A stretch of DNA of 34,805 nt, taken from NCBI GenBank assembly GCA_023142835.1, contig JAGLIS010000002.1, forward strand, positions 1-34,805. Direction: 5' to 3'. This document shows, piece after piece, positions 14,994-24,232 of this stretch. Positions within the stretch are counted from its first letter, which is position 1. Each line of letters begins with the position of its first letter. Source of the DNA: Candidatus Pacearchaeota archaeon. GTDB taxonomy: Archaea; Nanobdellota; Nanobdellia; Pacearchaeales; GW2011-AR1. The notes beneath the pieces are model-generated. The model was not told the origin of the DNA and ran no database searches. It saw only the letters and a list, made by a program, of their open reading frames with translations. Made by a program: the position numbers and the translations under genes.

Positions 14994-17729
14994 ATGTTAT
15001 TTAGAAGAGGCAATATAGGGAAAGGTCTTTTTTTCTTTTTAATAATTATATTTTTGGCAGTTGGAGTTACGGCAGTGACAATTAATGTTTGGACTTATGT
15101 TGAGAGAGGCACTAAGAATCCTGAAGCTCCTATAGAAAGACAAGAATGGGTAACTGATGACTATGCTCTTATAAATGAATTTGAAGATTGTGATTATTCC
15201 GAAGGAGAGTATGCTGTAGGATTTAAATTAGTTAGAAAGGATGGAGCAGAGAGTGTAAATGCTCAGATAATTTGTGAAAACCAAGGAACCAATATTACTT
15301 TTACCCCTAACAACGCTTTTTCTAATGCAGTTAATAGGACATGTACCTCAGGTCCAGATGTTATGCAGAATATTGCCGTGGCTAGTTTTGCAAATAATCT
15401 TTCAGGAGATGGATATAGTTGTACTGGAAGTACTGGATGTAGTGGAATGACAAATTGTGGATATGAAGCAGGTTTTCCGAAGGTTTGTACAAGTTTTGCA
15501 GATAGTACTACCTGTGAGGATACTGATGGTGATTGTCAATGGCGGTCTGCGGCAACGGGTTATTGTGGTGGTCTTGCTTATTGTAACGGTGCTTACGATA
15601 ATGAAGGAGATTGTAACGGAGATTCAAATTGTACGTGGGTAGATGCTATTCCTTCAGGATGTGAAGCAGATGATGAAATGACTTATGATCCTAACTGTCC
15701 TTCAAAAAATTCGGAAGGTAGTTGTTTAAGTTATCAAGGATGTTCGTGGGGTGTTACTAATTGTAATTCTTATGATAAAAATAAAGGAACTTGCGATTCT
15801 AAAGATGGGTGTAGTTGGGACGGGTATATAAATTGTACTACTTACGACAAGACTGACTGTTTAACTCATAGTGGTGATTTGGGGAGTTGTTCTTGGATTC
15901 CGATGGGGGCGACAGATTCAGAATTTGGGCTAGGACAGATATGTCCAGCTAGTGATCCAATTATGGTAGGGGTTGCAGGTTATAATGGTGAAGGAACTGA
16001 ATATTGTAGAGGAGAAGAAATTTCTGCAGGAGTGACTTACTCTAGTTTATACAATGAACAAGTTGCAGGGATTCTTCCGAAGTGTGCACGAGCAGATAAT
16101 CCTAATTGTAATTATAGATTTGCAGGGGAAGGTTGTTTCTGGTATTTTGCGGGTGCAGATGGGGGTTGTCCAGATAATCATTATATCTCCGGTGTTAGAG
16201 GTTTTGTCGGAGATGATAGTATTGTCGTTGGAAGAGATATTTATATTCAGTCTTATTGTTGTTCTATAGGAGCAATTGATCACTCTTTAGAAGTTCCTGG
16301 AGGAGGAGATGAAGATTGCGATGGTTTAATCAATGAAGGTTATTTCGCTCCAGATTCTATAAGTGCTCATCTTGAAGATAATATTTGTGTTAATATTCCT
16401 TGTTCTATTCCAGGAATTGTTAAATCTAATTCTATTTATTGCCAATCCGAAGGAGCTTATTATTTTGATGGTAATTCTTCAGGAGGGGTAACCGGGACAG
16501 TCTATCCAGATTTTCCTAGATTTTTATTTACTGTTGATTATGATTTAGATAAAGATTCTTGTATCTGTAAGTTCGGTGAAGGTAATTGGTCTGATGATAT
16601 TGATGGGTGGGCGCCTACTTTGACAAGCGGTCCAGGAACTTGTTGTGAGTCTGGTACGAATACTGCTGATGAAAAAGAGTTTTCTATTACTGGTAATTGG
16701 GATGGTTCCATCTCATGTTGTAATAATCGTGTAGATGTAAGTGGAGATAGGACTGTTTCCATTGGAGGACGTTGTCTTCAGACAAAAGCTTATTGGACAG
16801 ATATGCAAGGTAACGCGTTAGGGTCTACAGATTTAGGGGATAGCGTTCAGATAAGAGTAGATAATGTAGAGCTTGATGTAGGAACTGAAGTCGTCTTTGA
16901 GATTTGGGAGGATGATGTAGAATGTATTTTTGGTTTGCCATTTGGGTGTGGAGATGATATGATTCGGGCTGCTATTACAGGTACCGTTGATAATAATCAT
17001 AATTTAATTGCGGTTTGGACAAATGATGCGGATGATATGGATTTGACAAATGATTATGGAGAATTTTATTTTAAAGTTAAGTATGATGATATTGGTGATT
17101 TGGTTACTGATGAGGAATATAAAGAAAGTAGTAATCAATTAGAAGTTAATCAAGATTATAACAATGCCCCAATATCGGTTAACATACTCTCACCAGCATG
17201 CGGAGATTATTTTAATGCAAGTTCAGACACAATTGATATCGAGATTAATGCTCAAGACGAAGACGATATCATCGAAGGACATCTAAGTATCAACGACTTA
17301 GAGATTGGAACTTTTAAAAATGGAAATACAATAATAGGCAATATTTTCTCTAAAGGTGGTAATTATAAAATTGTCGCCGAGGCTGTTAATAGTCGAGGAC
17401 AAAATAAAAGAGCAATTTCAAATATAATGATAATTGACACAACGACAGACGGAGAATACGTTGCAGCATGCATCATCAAACCTGAAGACTACAGCGACAT
17501 CCCATTAAGTTCTGTAGAATTTGACGCTTCAACAAGTAAAGGTATTCAATACGATTTTACCACAGGAACTACAACAGAACTTAGTTTAAGCAAATTAAAT
17601 TTTGATTGGTATTTCAGCGACAGAAGCGATCGTAATATGGATGGAAATAATGAAATGTCATACAAGTTTTGGAAGAACTTTGGGAATGTAGGGAGTAATT
17701 GGGCAACATTAAAAGTATCTATTATTTAA
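14994..17729 (+). CDS. Large Cys-rich secreted/surface protein (911 aa), putative adhesin, with an N-terminal signal or prepilin-like anchor
   Basis: N-terminus MLFRRGNIGKGLFFFLIIIFLAVGVTAV. It carries five C-x5-6-C-x-W repeats (residues about 165-301). A DEDCDGLINEG motif at about 16308-16343 resembles the D-x-DCDG-x-x-DEG metal-binding-type motif of many surface proteins. C-terminal Ig/PKD-like segments are present (..VEFDASTSKG..LNFDWYFSD..ATLKVSI). Confidence 0.7.
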   Translation: MLFRRGNIGKGLFFFLIIIFLAVGVTAVTINVWTYVERGTKNPEAPIERQEWVTDDYALINEFEDCDYSEGEYAVGFKLVRKDGAESVNAQIICENQGTNITFTPNNAFSNAVNRTCTSGPDVMQNIAVASFANNLSGDGYSCTGSTGCSGMTNCGYEAGFPKVCTSFADSTTCEDTDGDCQWRSAATGYCGGLAYCNGAYDNEGDCNGDSNCTWVDAIPSGCEADDEMTYDPNCPSKNSEGSCLSYQGCSWGVTNCNSYDKNKGTCDSKDGCSWDGYINCTTYDKTDCLTHSGDLGSCSWIPMGATDSEFGLGQICPASDPIMVGVAGYNGEGTEYCRGEEISAGVTYSSLYNEQVAGILPKCARADNPNCNYRFAGEGCFWYFAGADGGCPDNHYISGVRGFVGDDSIVVGRDIYIQSYCCSIGAIDHSLEVPGGGDEDCDGLINEGYFAPDSISAHLEDNICVNIPCSIPGIVKSNSIYCQSEGAYYFDGNSSGGVTGTVYPDFPRFLFTVDYDLDKDSCICKFGEGNWSDDIDGWAPTLTSGPGTCCESGTNTADEKEFSITGNWDGSISCCNNRVDVSGDRTVSIGGRCLQTKAYWTDMQGNALGSTDLGDSVQIRVDNVELDVGTEVVFEIWEDDVECIFGLPFGCGDDMIRAAITGTVDNNHNLIAVWTNDADDMDLTNDYGEFYFKVKYDDIGDLVTDEEYKESSNQLEVNQDYNNAPISVNILSPACGDYFNASSDTIDIEINAQDEDDIIEGHLSINDLEIGTFKNGNTIIGNIFSKGGNYKIVAEAVNSRGQNKRAISNIMIIDTTTDGEYVAACIIKPEDYSDIPLSSVEFDASTSKGIQYDFTTGTTTELSLSKLNFDWYFSDRSDRNMDGNNEMSYKFWKNFGNVGSNWATLKVSII
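15486..15896 (+). repeat. Five tandem protein-level Cys/Trp repeats: CTSFADSTTCEDTDGDCQW / CNGAYDNEGDCNGDSNCTW / CPSKNSEGSCLSYQGCSW / CNSYDKNKGTCDSKDGCSW / CTTYDKTDCLTHSGDLGSCSW
   Basis: Read directly from the translation. Consensus is C-x3-[YF/x]D-x3-G-x-C-x5-6-C-x-W. Confidence 0.8.
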
Positions 17730-17748
17730 AATTAAATACAAGAGTAGA

Positions 17749-17756
17749 TTTATAAA
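17749..17756 (+). promoter_or_regulatory. TATA-like box (TTTATAAA) about 26 nt upstream of the pilin ATG at 17778
   Basis: Sequence and spacing only. Confidence 0.35.
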
Positions 17757-17777
17757 TTCTGCTCACAAAACAAAACT

Positions 17778-18239
17778 ATGAAAAAAAGAGGACTATCACC
17801 TATAATTGCGAGTGTGTTTATGATTTTACTAGTACTAGTTTTATCAGCTTTAATATTCTTATGGGCACGAGGTTTCATCAGTGAACAAATCGAAAAATTT
17901 GGACAACCTATCAACAGCCTATGTAATCGAGTTGATTTTGAAGTTCAACTAGTCTCTGGAGACGTTAGCGAACACGCATTAGAAATCGTTAATCGAGGAG
18001 ATATAAATATTTTCCACTTAGACATTAAAATGATTGAAAAAGGTAATTCCGAAGTAAGTAGATTTCAATTCAAGATTGACGCAGGACAATCCATAAAAGG
18101 AGATTTAAATTTAAGGATGGAAAATGGAATTCTCCCAGATAAGATTGAAATTTATCCTGCACTTTTAGGAAGTGTAAAAGGGAAACATTCAAATAAGGTT
18201 TTCACTTGCAAAGACACAAGTAAGACTATTCAAATGTAA
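17778..18239 (+). CDS. Archaeal type IV pilin-like protein (class III signal peptide, Pilin_N type), 153 aa
   Basis: MKKRG|LSPIIASVFMILLVLVLSALIFLW matches the archaeal pilin N-terminal consensus ([KR]G|xSPvIa..l...it). Confidence 0.75.
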   Translation: MKKRGLSPIIASVFMILLVLVLSALIFLWARGFISEQIEKFGQPINSLCNRVDFEVQLVSGDVSEHALEIVNRGDINIFHLDIKMIEKGNSEVSRFQFKIDAGQSIKGDLNLRMENGILPDKIEIYPALLGSVKGKHSNKVFTCKDTSKTIQM

Positions 18240-18289
18240 TCAAATTGATTACTAACAATAAACATTATTGAAAGGAGGTTGAAAAATAT

Positions 18290-18796
18290 ATGAATAACAA
18301 AAATAAAAAAGGTATCAGTGCTGTAGTTGCTACAGTTTTAATAATCTTGATTACTGTCGCTGCAATAACAATTGTTTGGGCAGCTATCATTCCAATGATT
18401 AATAATCAACTCGACCAAGGAACTCTTTGTTTAGATGCAGTTTCACAACTATCCCTTATGGATGCAGGTTATACTTGTGTAGATGGAAACGAGCTTTCCT
18501 TACAGATTAAAAAAGGAGCTACGAATTTCGAATTAGCAGATATACAGGTTTTAATCTCTTCAGGAGGAAATGTTGAATCATTTAGCTTATTAAATGATAC
18601 TACTACTCTAGTACCAGCATCTATCACTCTAGCTCATCTTCCAGATGCTAACGAGGAAAAAGTATACCGTATAAATGTTGCAGATATTATCGCAGGAGGA
18701 ACAATAGATAGTGTTAAGATTGCACCTGTAGTAAAGGTTGGAAACACTCAAGAAATTTGTAGTGTCTCTTCAAGTAAAACATTATTAGCATGTTAG
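18290..18796 (+). CDS. Archaeal type IV pilin (candidate major pilin), 168 aa
   Basis: MNNKNKKG|ISAVVATVLIILITVAAITIVWAA. It has a strong Shine-Dalgarno GGAGGT at 18274-18279, 10 nt before the ATG, and is followed by a stem-loop plus T-tract. Confidence 0.8.
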   Translation: MNNKNKKGISAVVATVLIILITVAAITIVWAAIIPMINNQLDQGTLCLDAVSQLSLMDAGYTCVDGNELSLQIKKGATNFELADIQVLISSGGNVESFSLLNDTTTLVPASITLAHLPDANEEKVYRINVADIIAGGTIDSVKIAPVVKVGNTQEICSVSSSKTLLAC

Positions 18797-18810
18797 TTTA
18801 ATTTATCTTT

Positions 18811-18839
18811 CGGCTCTACGGAGCCGTTTAATTTTTTTC
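18811..18839 (+). terminator. Stem-loop CGGCTC-TACG-GAGCCG followed by a T-rich tract (TTTAATTTTTTT) after the candidate major pilin gene
   Basis: Perfect 6-bp GC-rich stem at 18811-18826, then an oligo-T run. This is the only such GC-rich hairpin I noticed in the pilus locus. Confidence 0.5.
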
Positions 18840-18889
18840 AATTTTTTATCAAGAGGTAAATATATAAAGAAGTTTTTTATTTAATTACT

Positions 18890-19420
18890 ATGAGACAACT
18901 AGGTGATAAACGTGGACAGATTTGGGTCGAGACAGTAATTTATACATTAATTGGTCTTGCAATAATTGGATTAGTATTAGCAGCTGCAAAACCGAAAATC
19001 GACGCAATGCAAGACGAAATTATTATCGAACAATCAATTGAAGCACTTGGAAATATCAATGATAAAATTTATGAAGTTCAAAGAGCCACAGGAAATCGTC
19101 GAGGAGTTGAGTTAACAATAGGAAAAGGGAAATTCATTATCGATATGGCAGGAGACAAGATTTCTTGGGTAATTGAATCAAGTTTTGAATATAGTGAAAA
19201 AGATGTCGCTGTATCACTAGGAAGTCTAGAAGTTTTAACCAAAGAATCTACACCTTGGGAAGTTACACTCGAAGAAGATTACTCAATAGATATTCAGTTT
19301 GAAGGTCAGACAAACGGGATAAAAGAACTCACCCCTGCATCTACCCCTTATGAATTAATCATCGAAAACAAGGGCATCGACGCCACAGGAAACATTGTTA
19401 TTGATTTAAGCGTAGCTTAA
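18890..19420 (+). CDS. Prepilin-like protein with Gln+1/Glu+5 (EppA-substrate-like / minor pilin), 176 aa
   Basis: MRQLGDKRG|QIWVETVIYTLIGLAIIGLVLAA. TATA-like ATATATAAA lies about 27 nt upstream (18859-18868). Confidence 0.65.
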   Translation: MRQLGDKRGQIWVETVIYTLIGLAIIGLVLAAAKPKIDAMQDEIIIEQSIEALGNINDKIYEVQRATGNRRGVELTIGKGKFIIDMAGDKISWVIESSFEYSEKDVAVSLGSLEVLTKESTPWEVTLEEDYSIDIQFEGQTNGIKELTPASTPYELIIENKGIDATGNIVIDLSVA

Positions 19421-19603
19421 TCTAGAAATCATTTATTATTACATCAAAAATATTTATTTAAGAACATTAATAAATGAAAGTTTCTTTATTCCCCTATGAT
19501 ATATAAAACCTCCGAGGTGATACTTAGATTAGAGGCAGCAAAATATTTGCTTGCTTATTCGTTAAGCATACAATAATCGCTTGAGGAAAATCTAAAAGTT
19601 CAG

Positions 19604-21133
19604 ATGGATACTATTAAAATAAACCCCAACCCCTTAGTACCTACAATTCCACAATTCGAAGATAAAACTAAAATTGATGTACGTTACATGGTAATCGCAC
19701 CTTATGTTTCAATCCACATCTATTATGACATAAAAACTGGGGAAGTTATCTATGACGTAGAAGAACCAATCCTCAGCGAGGAAGAAAAAAAGAATTTTAA
19801 TAGAATTGAACAAGCAATGAGAGAACTTGTCAATCTAAATATTTTAGAAGGAGAAAAAACAACGGAAAACCTCCTTGATTATTTCAGCAAAACAGCCCAA
19901 CTTATTATTTCAGAATTAGGATTAGCCGTCGAAGAAGATTCATTCAAAAAAATATTTTACTATCTTTATAGAAATTTCGTTGGATTAAATGAAATTGAAC
20001 CAATGACAAAAGACTATTTTATTGAAGATATCGAATGCAACGGAATGGGCGAATCAATTTACATTGTCCATCGAGTCTTTCGAAATATTAAAACCAATGT
20101 AAAATTTAACGATATGGACAAACTATCAAATTTTGTAGAAAAGTTAGCACAGAAAACCGGACGTTATATTTCCTACGCTTCCCCGATGTTAGATGGTAGC
20201 CTGCCCGATGGGTCAAGAGTTAACGCAACATATACAAAAGACATTAGTTCAAAAGGTCCAACATTTACAATAAGAAAATTCACTAAAACTCCATGGACAC
20301 CCATCCAATTAATGGGTCTTCATGAACTCAGTCCTGAAATGCTCGCTTACTTTTGGATAATACTACAATACCAATCAAACATTATGATCGTCGGAGGAAC
20401 CGCTTCAGGTAAAACAACATTATTGAACGCTCTCGCATTTTTCATTCCCCAAGAAAACAGAATTGTTTCAATCGAAGACACTCGTGAGTTAAACTTGCCA
20501 AAAGAAAACTGGTTACCCTCCGTCGTTAGAACAGGAGTTTCAAACCAAGGTGTTGGAGACATTGATATGTTCAGCTTACTTAAGGGCTCCTTTAGACAGA
20601 ATCCAGACTATGTAATCGTAGGTGAAATAAGAGGAGTAGAGGCATCAGTTTTATTTCAAGGTATGGCATCAGGTCACGCTTCAATATCCACCATGCACGC
20701 AGATTCAGTTGATTCAATCATCAGAAGACTAGAAACTCCTCCAATCAACCTTAGCCCAATGCTAATTAACAGCCTCGATGTCATAGCAATTATGACACAC
20801 GCTATCGTAAACGGCCATGAAACAAGAAGACTTAGAGAAATTGTTGAAATCGTTAAAGTAGACAAAGATGGAAACGCTTCAACAAATACTCCTGCTAACT
20901 GGAATCCTTCAGATGATCAATTTTACTTTAAAAGAGATACTAAAATGTTCGAAAAAATTTCACTAAAATATGGTCTTTCCAACGAGACACTACAAAAAGA
21001 ATTTGTAACTCGGACTAAACTACTCTATACTCTTTTCCAAAACAAAGTCATTGGATATGAAGAAGTTCAAAGAGTCATTAATGATTACCAAAAAAATCCT
21101 CAAGCCACATTAAAAAAATACGGAGTTGCATAA
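19604..21133 (+). CDS. Type IV filament assembly ATPase (FlaI/PilB/TadA-like, VirB11 superfamily)
   Basis: 509 aa with Walker A VGGTASGKTTLLNAL, IVSIEDTRELNL, the Walker B region DYVIVGEIRG, and a His box in GHASISTMHA. Confidence 0.9.
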   Translation: MDTIKINPNPLVPTIPQFEDKTKIDVRYMVIAPYVSIHIYYDIKTGEVIYDVEEPILSEEEKKNFNRIEQAMRELVNLNILEGEKTTENLLDYFSKTAQLIISELGLAVEEDSFKKIFYYLYRNFVGLNEIEPMTKDYFIEDIECNGMGESIYIVHRVFRNIKTNVKFNDMDKLSNFVEKLAQKTGRYISYASPMLDGSLPDGSRVNATYTKDISSKGPTFTIRKFTKTPWTPIQLMGLHELSPEMLAYFWIILQYQSNIMIVGGTASGKTTLLNALAFFIPQENRIVSIEDTRELNLPKENWLPSVVRTGVSNQGVGDIDMFSLLKGSFRQNPDYVIVGEIRGVEASVLFQGMASGHASISTMHADSVDSIIRRLETPPINLSPMLINSLDVIAIMTHAIVNGHETRRLREIVEIVKVDKDGNASTNTPANWNPSDDQFYFKRDTKMFEKISLKYGLSNETLQKEFVTRTKLLYTLFQNKVIGYEEVQRVINDYQKNPQATLKKYGVA

Positions 21134-21165
21134 GATTATAAATAAAAAGCTATTTTACAAAAATT

Positions 21166-21336
21166 ATGATTAATATAGAATTCATCGAGCAATTAATAGA
21201 CACTATGGACTCTGCAGTTTTGAAACTAGAACAAGCCATAAAAAAAGGAAAATTCGATTATGCAAATAAACTTCGTACTTTTATTTTTGACTTACACATC
21301 CAAATTGATAAGACGATAAAAAACCAAAATGTTTGA
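21166..21336 (+). CDS. Small helical protein, 56 aa (not in the ORF track because it is under 60 aa)
   Basis: My translation is MINIEFIEQLIDTMDSAVLKLEQAIKKGKFDYANKLRTFIFDLHIQIDKTIKNQNV*. It fills the gap between the ATPase and platform genes, and its stop overlaps the next ATG by 8 nt. I recognise no homology. Confidence 0.35.
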   Translation: MINIEFIEQLIDTMDSAVLKLEQAIKKGKFDYANKLRTFIFDLHIQIDKTIKNQNV

Positions 21337-22633
21337 AGATTTTAAAAAAAATATTGAGCAAGAGAAAAAGATAATCGCAGATATGTATTCAATCCAAGTT
21401 AATATGCAAAACGATGCAACTAATCAACAATTTTATCTTTCGAATTTAAACACACTCTCACAACAATTGATTCTGCTGAACAAAACAGTTCCTGAATTTT
21501 TAAAAGAATGGTCGCCGATTAAAAAACTTGTTGAAGAACCTAAAAAAACAGGGGGAACTTCAGCAATCAAAAGGGAGGGAAATAAGCTATCAAATGTACC
21601 TAAATCTTCTGTAGTTAAAATGAGTTACACCTCTCCTTCCACGAAAGAGAAAAGATTTATTACAGTTGGTAAAACAGATAAAAAAGAATTCCTTGAAAAA
21701 CTAAAACTATCAGAAAAAAGTTTATCTACTCTAAAAAAAGAAAACAAGAAAGAAATTAAAGATAGGGTAATCAATAAGCCAAGCATCTATGCAAAAATGT
21801 CTAATAAGTTTTTTTTAAAACATACTGAAAAACTCGTTCCAAAATTTAATAGTCTTAATCAAGACTTAAAAAAAGCAAACATAAGATTCATGTTATCCAC
21901 CTACTTATCTATGGCACTGATGTCAATAGTTCTTTCCCTCGTCATAGGTATTTTGATTTTTGGAGTCATAATTATTATTGATTTAAAAAACTGGATTTGT
22001 ATTCTAATTCCTATAGGTTTAGCTAGTCTAACAGCGACAGGATTTTATCTGTATCCTTCAAATGAAGCTAGTTCAGTCCAAAAGAAAATTTCTCAAGAAC
22101 TACCTTTTGCGGCAATTCATATGGCTGCAATTGCCGGCTCAAATATTGAACCTACCAAAATTTTCAAAATTATTGCAGCATCAAAGGAATATACATATAT
22201 AGGAAAAGAAATGAAAAAAATAATCGCACAGGTAGATATTTATGGATATGATTTAGTGACTGCCTTAAAAAATGTTGCAGGACAAACTTCAAACAAAAAA
22301 CTTGCAGAATTATTCTCTGGATTCGCTACGAATATTTCTACAGGTGGAGAGTTAAAAAATTATATTGAAAAAAAAGCAGAGAATTATTTATTAGATTATC
22401 GACTAGAACGAGAAGAATATTCGGAACTGGCAGGCACATTTATGGATATTTATATTTCTATTTTAATTGCCGCACCACTAGTTCTAATGATGATGTTTAT
22501 CGTTATGAATGTTGCAGGGTTAGGAATGGGAGGTCTCTCAATTACAAGCTTACTTTTCCTAAGTGTCATAGGAATCATAATTGTTAATATCATCTTTCTT
22601 ACAGTATTAAATGCTAATCAACCTAACGTATAA
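21329..22633 (+). CDS. Type IV filament platform protein, first T2SS-F-like half (FlaJ/PilC/TadB-like) with a ~190-aa Lys-rich cytoplasmic N-terminal extension
   Basis: 434 aa. After the N-terminal region come TM helices flanking a soluble helical domain (..ELPFAAIHMAAIAGSNIEP..LVTALKNVAG..LAELFSGFATNISTGGEL..), as in T2SS-F/FlaJ repeats. Confidence 0.7.
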   Translation: MFEDFKKNIEQEKKIIADMYSIQVNMQNDATNQQFYLSNLNTLSQQLILLNKTVPEFLKEWSPIKKLVEEPKKTGGTSAIKREGNKLSNVPKSSVVKMSYTSPSTKEKRFITVGKTDKKEFLEKLKLSEKSLSTLKKENKKEIKDRVINKPSIYAKMSNKFFLKHTEKLVPKFNSLNQDLKKANIRFMLSTYLSMALMSIVLSLVIGILIFGVIIIIDLKNWICILIPIGLASLTATGFYLYPSNEASSVQKKISQELPFAAIHMAAIAGSNIEPTKIFKIIAASKEYTYIGKEMKKIIAQVDIYGYDLVTALKNVAGQTSNKKLAELFSGFATNISTGGELKNYIEKKAENYLLDYRLEREEYSELAGTFMDIYISILIAAPLVLMMMFIVMNVAGLGMGGLSITSLLFLSVIGIIIVNIIFLTVLNANQPNV

Positions 22634-23457
22634 TGAAACTTGAAAAAATGCATTGGATGGGAATTGGAATCGGAATAGCAATGGCTATAATTTCTATAGG
22701 AATATTTAATGGTAACAAATTATTGTATTTTCTCCTTATCATCTCCTTAGTAATTGGAGCACTACCTTTTATGATAAGTCTTAATTTAGGTCAGAACCTA
22801 AAAAAAGAAAAAGAAGAAAAATTCCTGGAGTTCTCGCGAGATCTAGTCGAGAATGTAAAGTCAGGAACACCAATTAGTAAGAGTATTATTAATTTAAAAA
22901 ACAGAAATTATAGCGCCCTTAATCCGCATATTCAAAAATTAGCTAATCAATTAACTTTAGGAATTACATTAACACAAGCCTTAGGAACTTTTGCAAACGA
23001 CATTAATAGTAAAGTTATTACTCGAGCAGTAGGTCTTATCTCCGAAGCTGAACGAGCTGGAGGAAAGATAGAATCCATTCTAGAATCCGTAGCCAAATCT
23101 ATTAACCAAATCGAGAACTTAAAAAAAGAACGAAAAGCCGCAATTTCAAATTTAATAACTCAAGGTTATATTATCTTTATGGTTTTTATTATAATCATGT
23201 TAGTCTTAGAATTTAAAATTTTACCATTGGTATCAGACCTATCAAGTGGAGAAGGATTAAATATTGAAATTAATAAAGTAAATCCTGATGAATTTAGTAT
23301 GCCCTTATTCGTTATGATATTAGTACAATCATTTTTTGCAGGACTCGTAATTGGAAAAATTTCTGAAGGAAGTATTAAAAATGGAATTAAACATTCGTTT
23401 ATCTTACTCACAATAACATTATTAATAACGACCGGAGCGAAGGCATTATTTGCTTAG
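22633..23457 (+). CDS. Type IV filament platform protein, second T2SS-F-like half (FlaJ/PilC/TadC-like)
   Basis: 274 aa. ..FSRDLVENVKSGTPISKSI..LTQALGTFANDINSKVITRAVGLISEAERAGGKIESIL.. lies between TM helices. It joins the previous gene by a TAATG 1-nt overlap. Confidence 0.7.
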   Translation: MKLEKMHWMGIGIGIAMAIISIGIFNGNKLLYFLLIISLVIGALPFMISLNLGQNLKKEKEEKFLEFSRDLVENVKSGTPISKSIINLKNRNYSALNPHIQKLANQLTLGITLTQALGTFANDINSKVITRAVGLISEAERAGGKIESILESVAKSINQIENLKKERKAAISNLITQGYIIFMVFIIIMLVLEFKILPLVSDLSSGEGLNIEINKVNPDEFSMPLFVMILVQSFFAGLVIGKISEGSIKNGIKHSFILLTITLLITTGAKALFA

Positions 23458-23491
23458 GTAATTTTATAAATATGATTGCAATCAAAATGCT

Positions 23492-24196
23492 ATGACAAAA
23501 AAATCAAAGTTCGGAAAAATTGGTGCTGCACATCTTGAGATGATAATTTCATTTATATTTTTTATGGGATTCATATTCTTTTTATTTACAACAATCCAAC
23601 CATATGACACAACAACATTATCTAGTTCAGTAGTCGCAGGACTTTATGATTCATTCGAAGAAACAATACACACTAATTTAACAAATATTTTCTTAAGAGC
23701 TAATTACAATGGAAGCTCTTGCTTTTACATTCAATTCCCCGACAAATTTTTTAAATATAATTTTACAAACAGTCTTGTCAGAGATATTAATGATACCGAA
23801 ATAATCTCAGAGTTCCAAGGTAACAATTTGAATATAAACTCTACTGGAGTTTTTTACAAAGTTTCCATTTCCCCTGAATTCAACACCAGCTCCTTAGGAG
23901 GATGCGACCTATTAACCAATTACTCCTTAGGAAGTCTAATAGAACGTAGAGTAAGTTCTTATAATTCTCTAACAGAAATGTCAGACAAATATACAAACGA
24001 TTACGAAGGTTTAAAACAAGATTTAAATGTCCCTGAAGTTTTTGACCTTGGAATTATCTGCCATGAATTACCGGAACTTAATATGGAACGTCTTATTCCT
24101 CGATTAGTAGATGTAGTATCTCGAGATTATGTCCTCGAAGTCTTAAAAGATAATGGAGAAGTTATAAATACCAGATTTACAATAAAAGTATGGTAA
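23492..24196 (+). CDS. Prepilin-like / pilus-associated membrane-anchored protein, 234 aa
   Basis: MTKKSKFGKIG|AAHLEMIISFIFFMGFIFFLF would place Glu at +5 if cleaved after G. The rest is hydrophilic with many N-x-S/T sequons. TATA-like TTTTATAAAT lies about 25 nt upstream. Confidence 0.5.
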   Translation: MTKKSKFGKIGAAHLEMIISFIFFMGFIFFLFTTIQPYDTTTLSSSVVAGLYDSFEETIHTNLTNIFLRANYNGSSCFYIQFPDKFFKYNFTNSLVRDINDTEIISEFQGNNLNINSTGVFYKVSISPEFNTSSLGGCDLLTNYSLGSLIERRVSSYNSLTEMSDKYTNDYEGLKQDLNVPEVFDLGIICHELPELNMERLIPRLVDVVSRDYVLEVLKDNGEVINTRFTIKVW

Positions 24197-24232
24197 TAGA
24201 TAGGATATTAAAAGCAAAGCTAGATTTTAAAA

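Noticed and set aside
15457-16762. Internal ORFs within the 911-aa gene (15457..15642, 16047..16283, 16054..16269, 16538..16762)
   Set aside because: They are alternative-frame or antisense shadows of a long ORF with clear repeat and domain structure.
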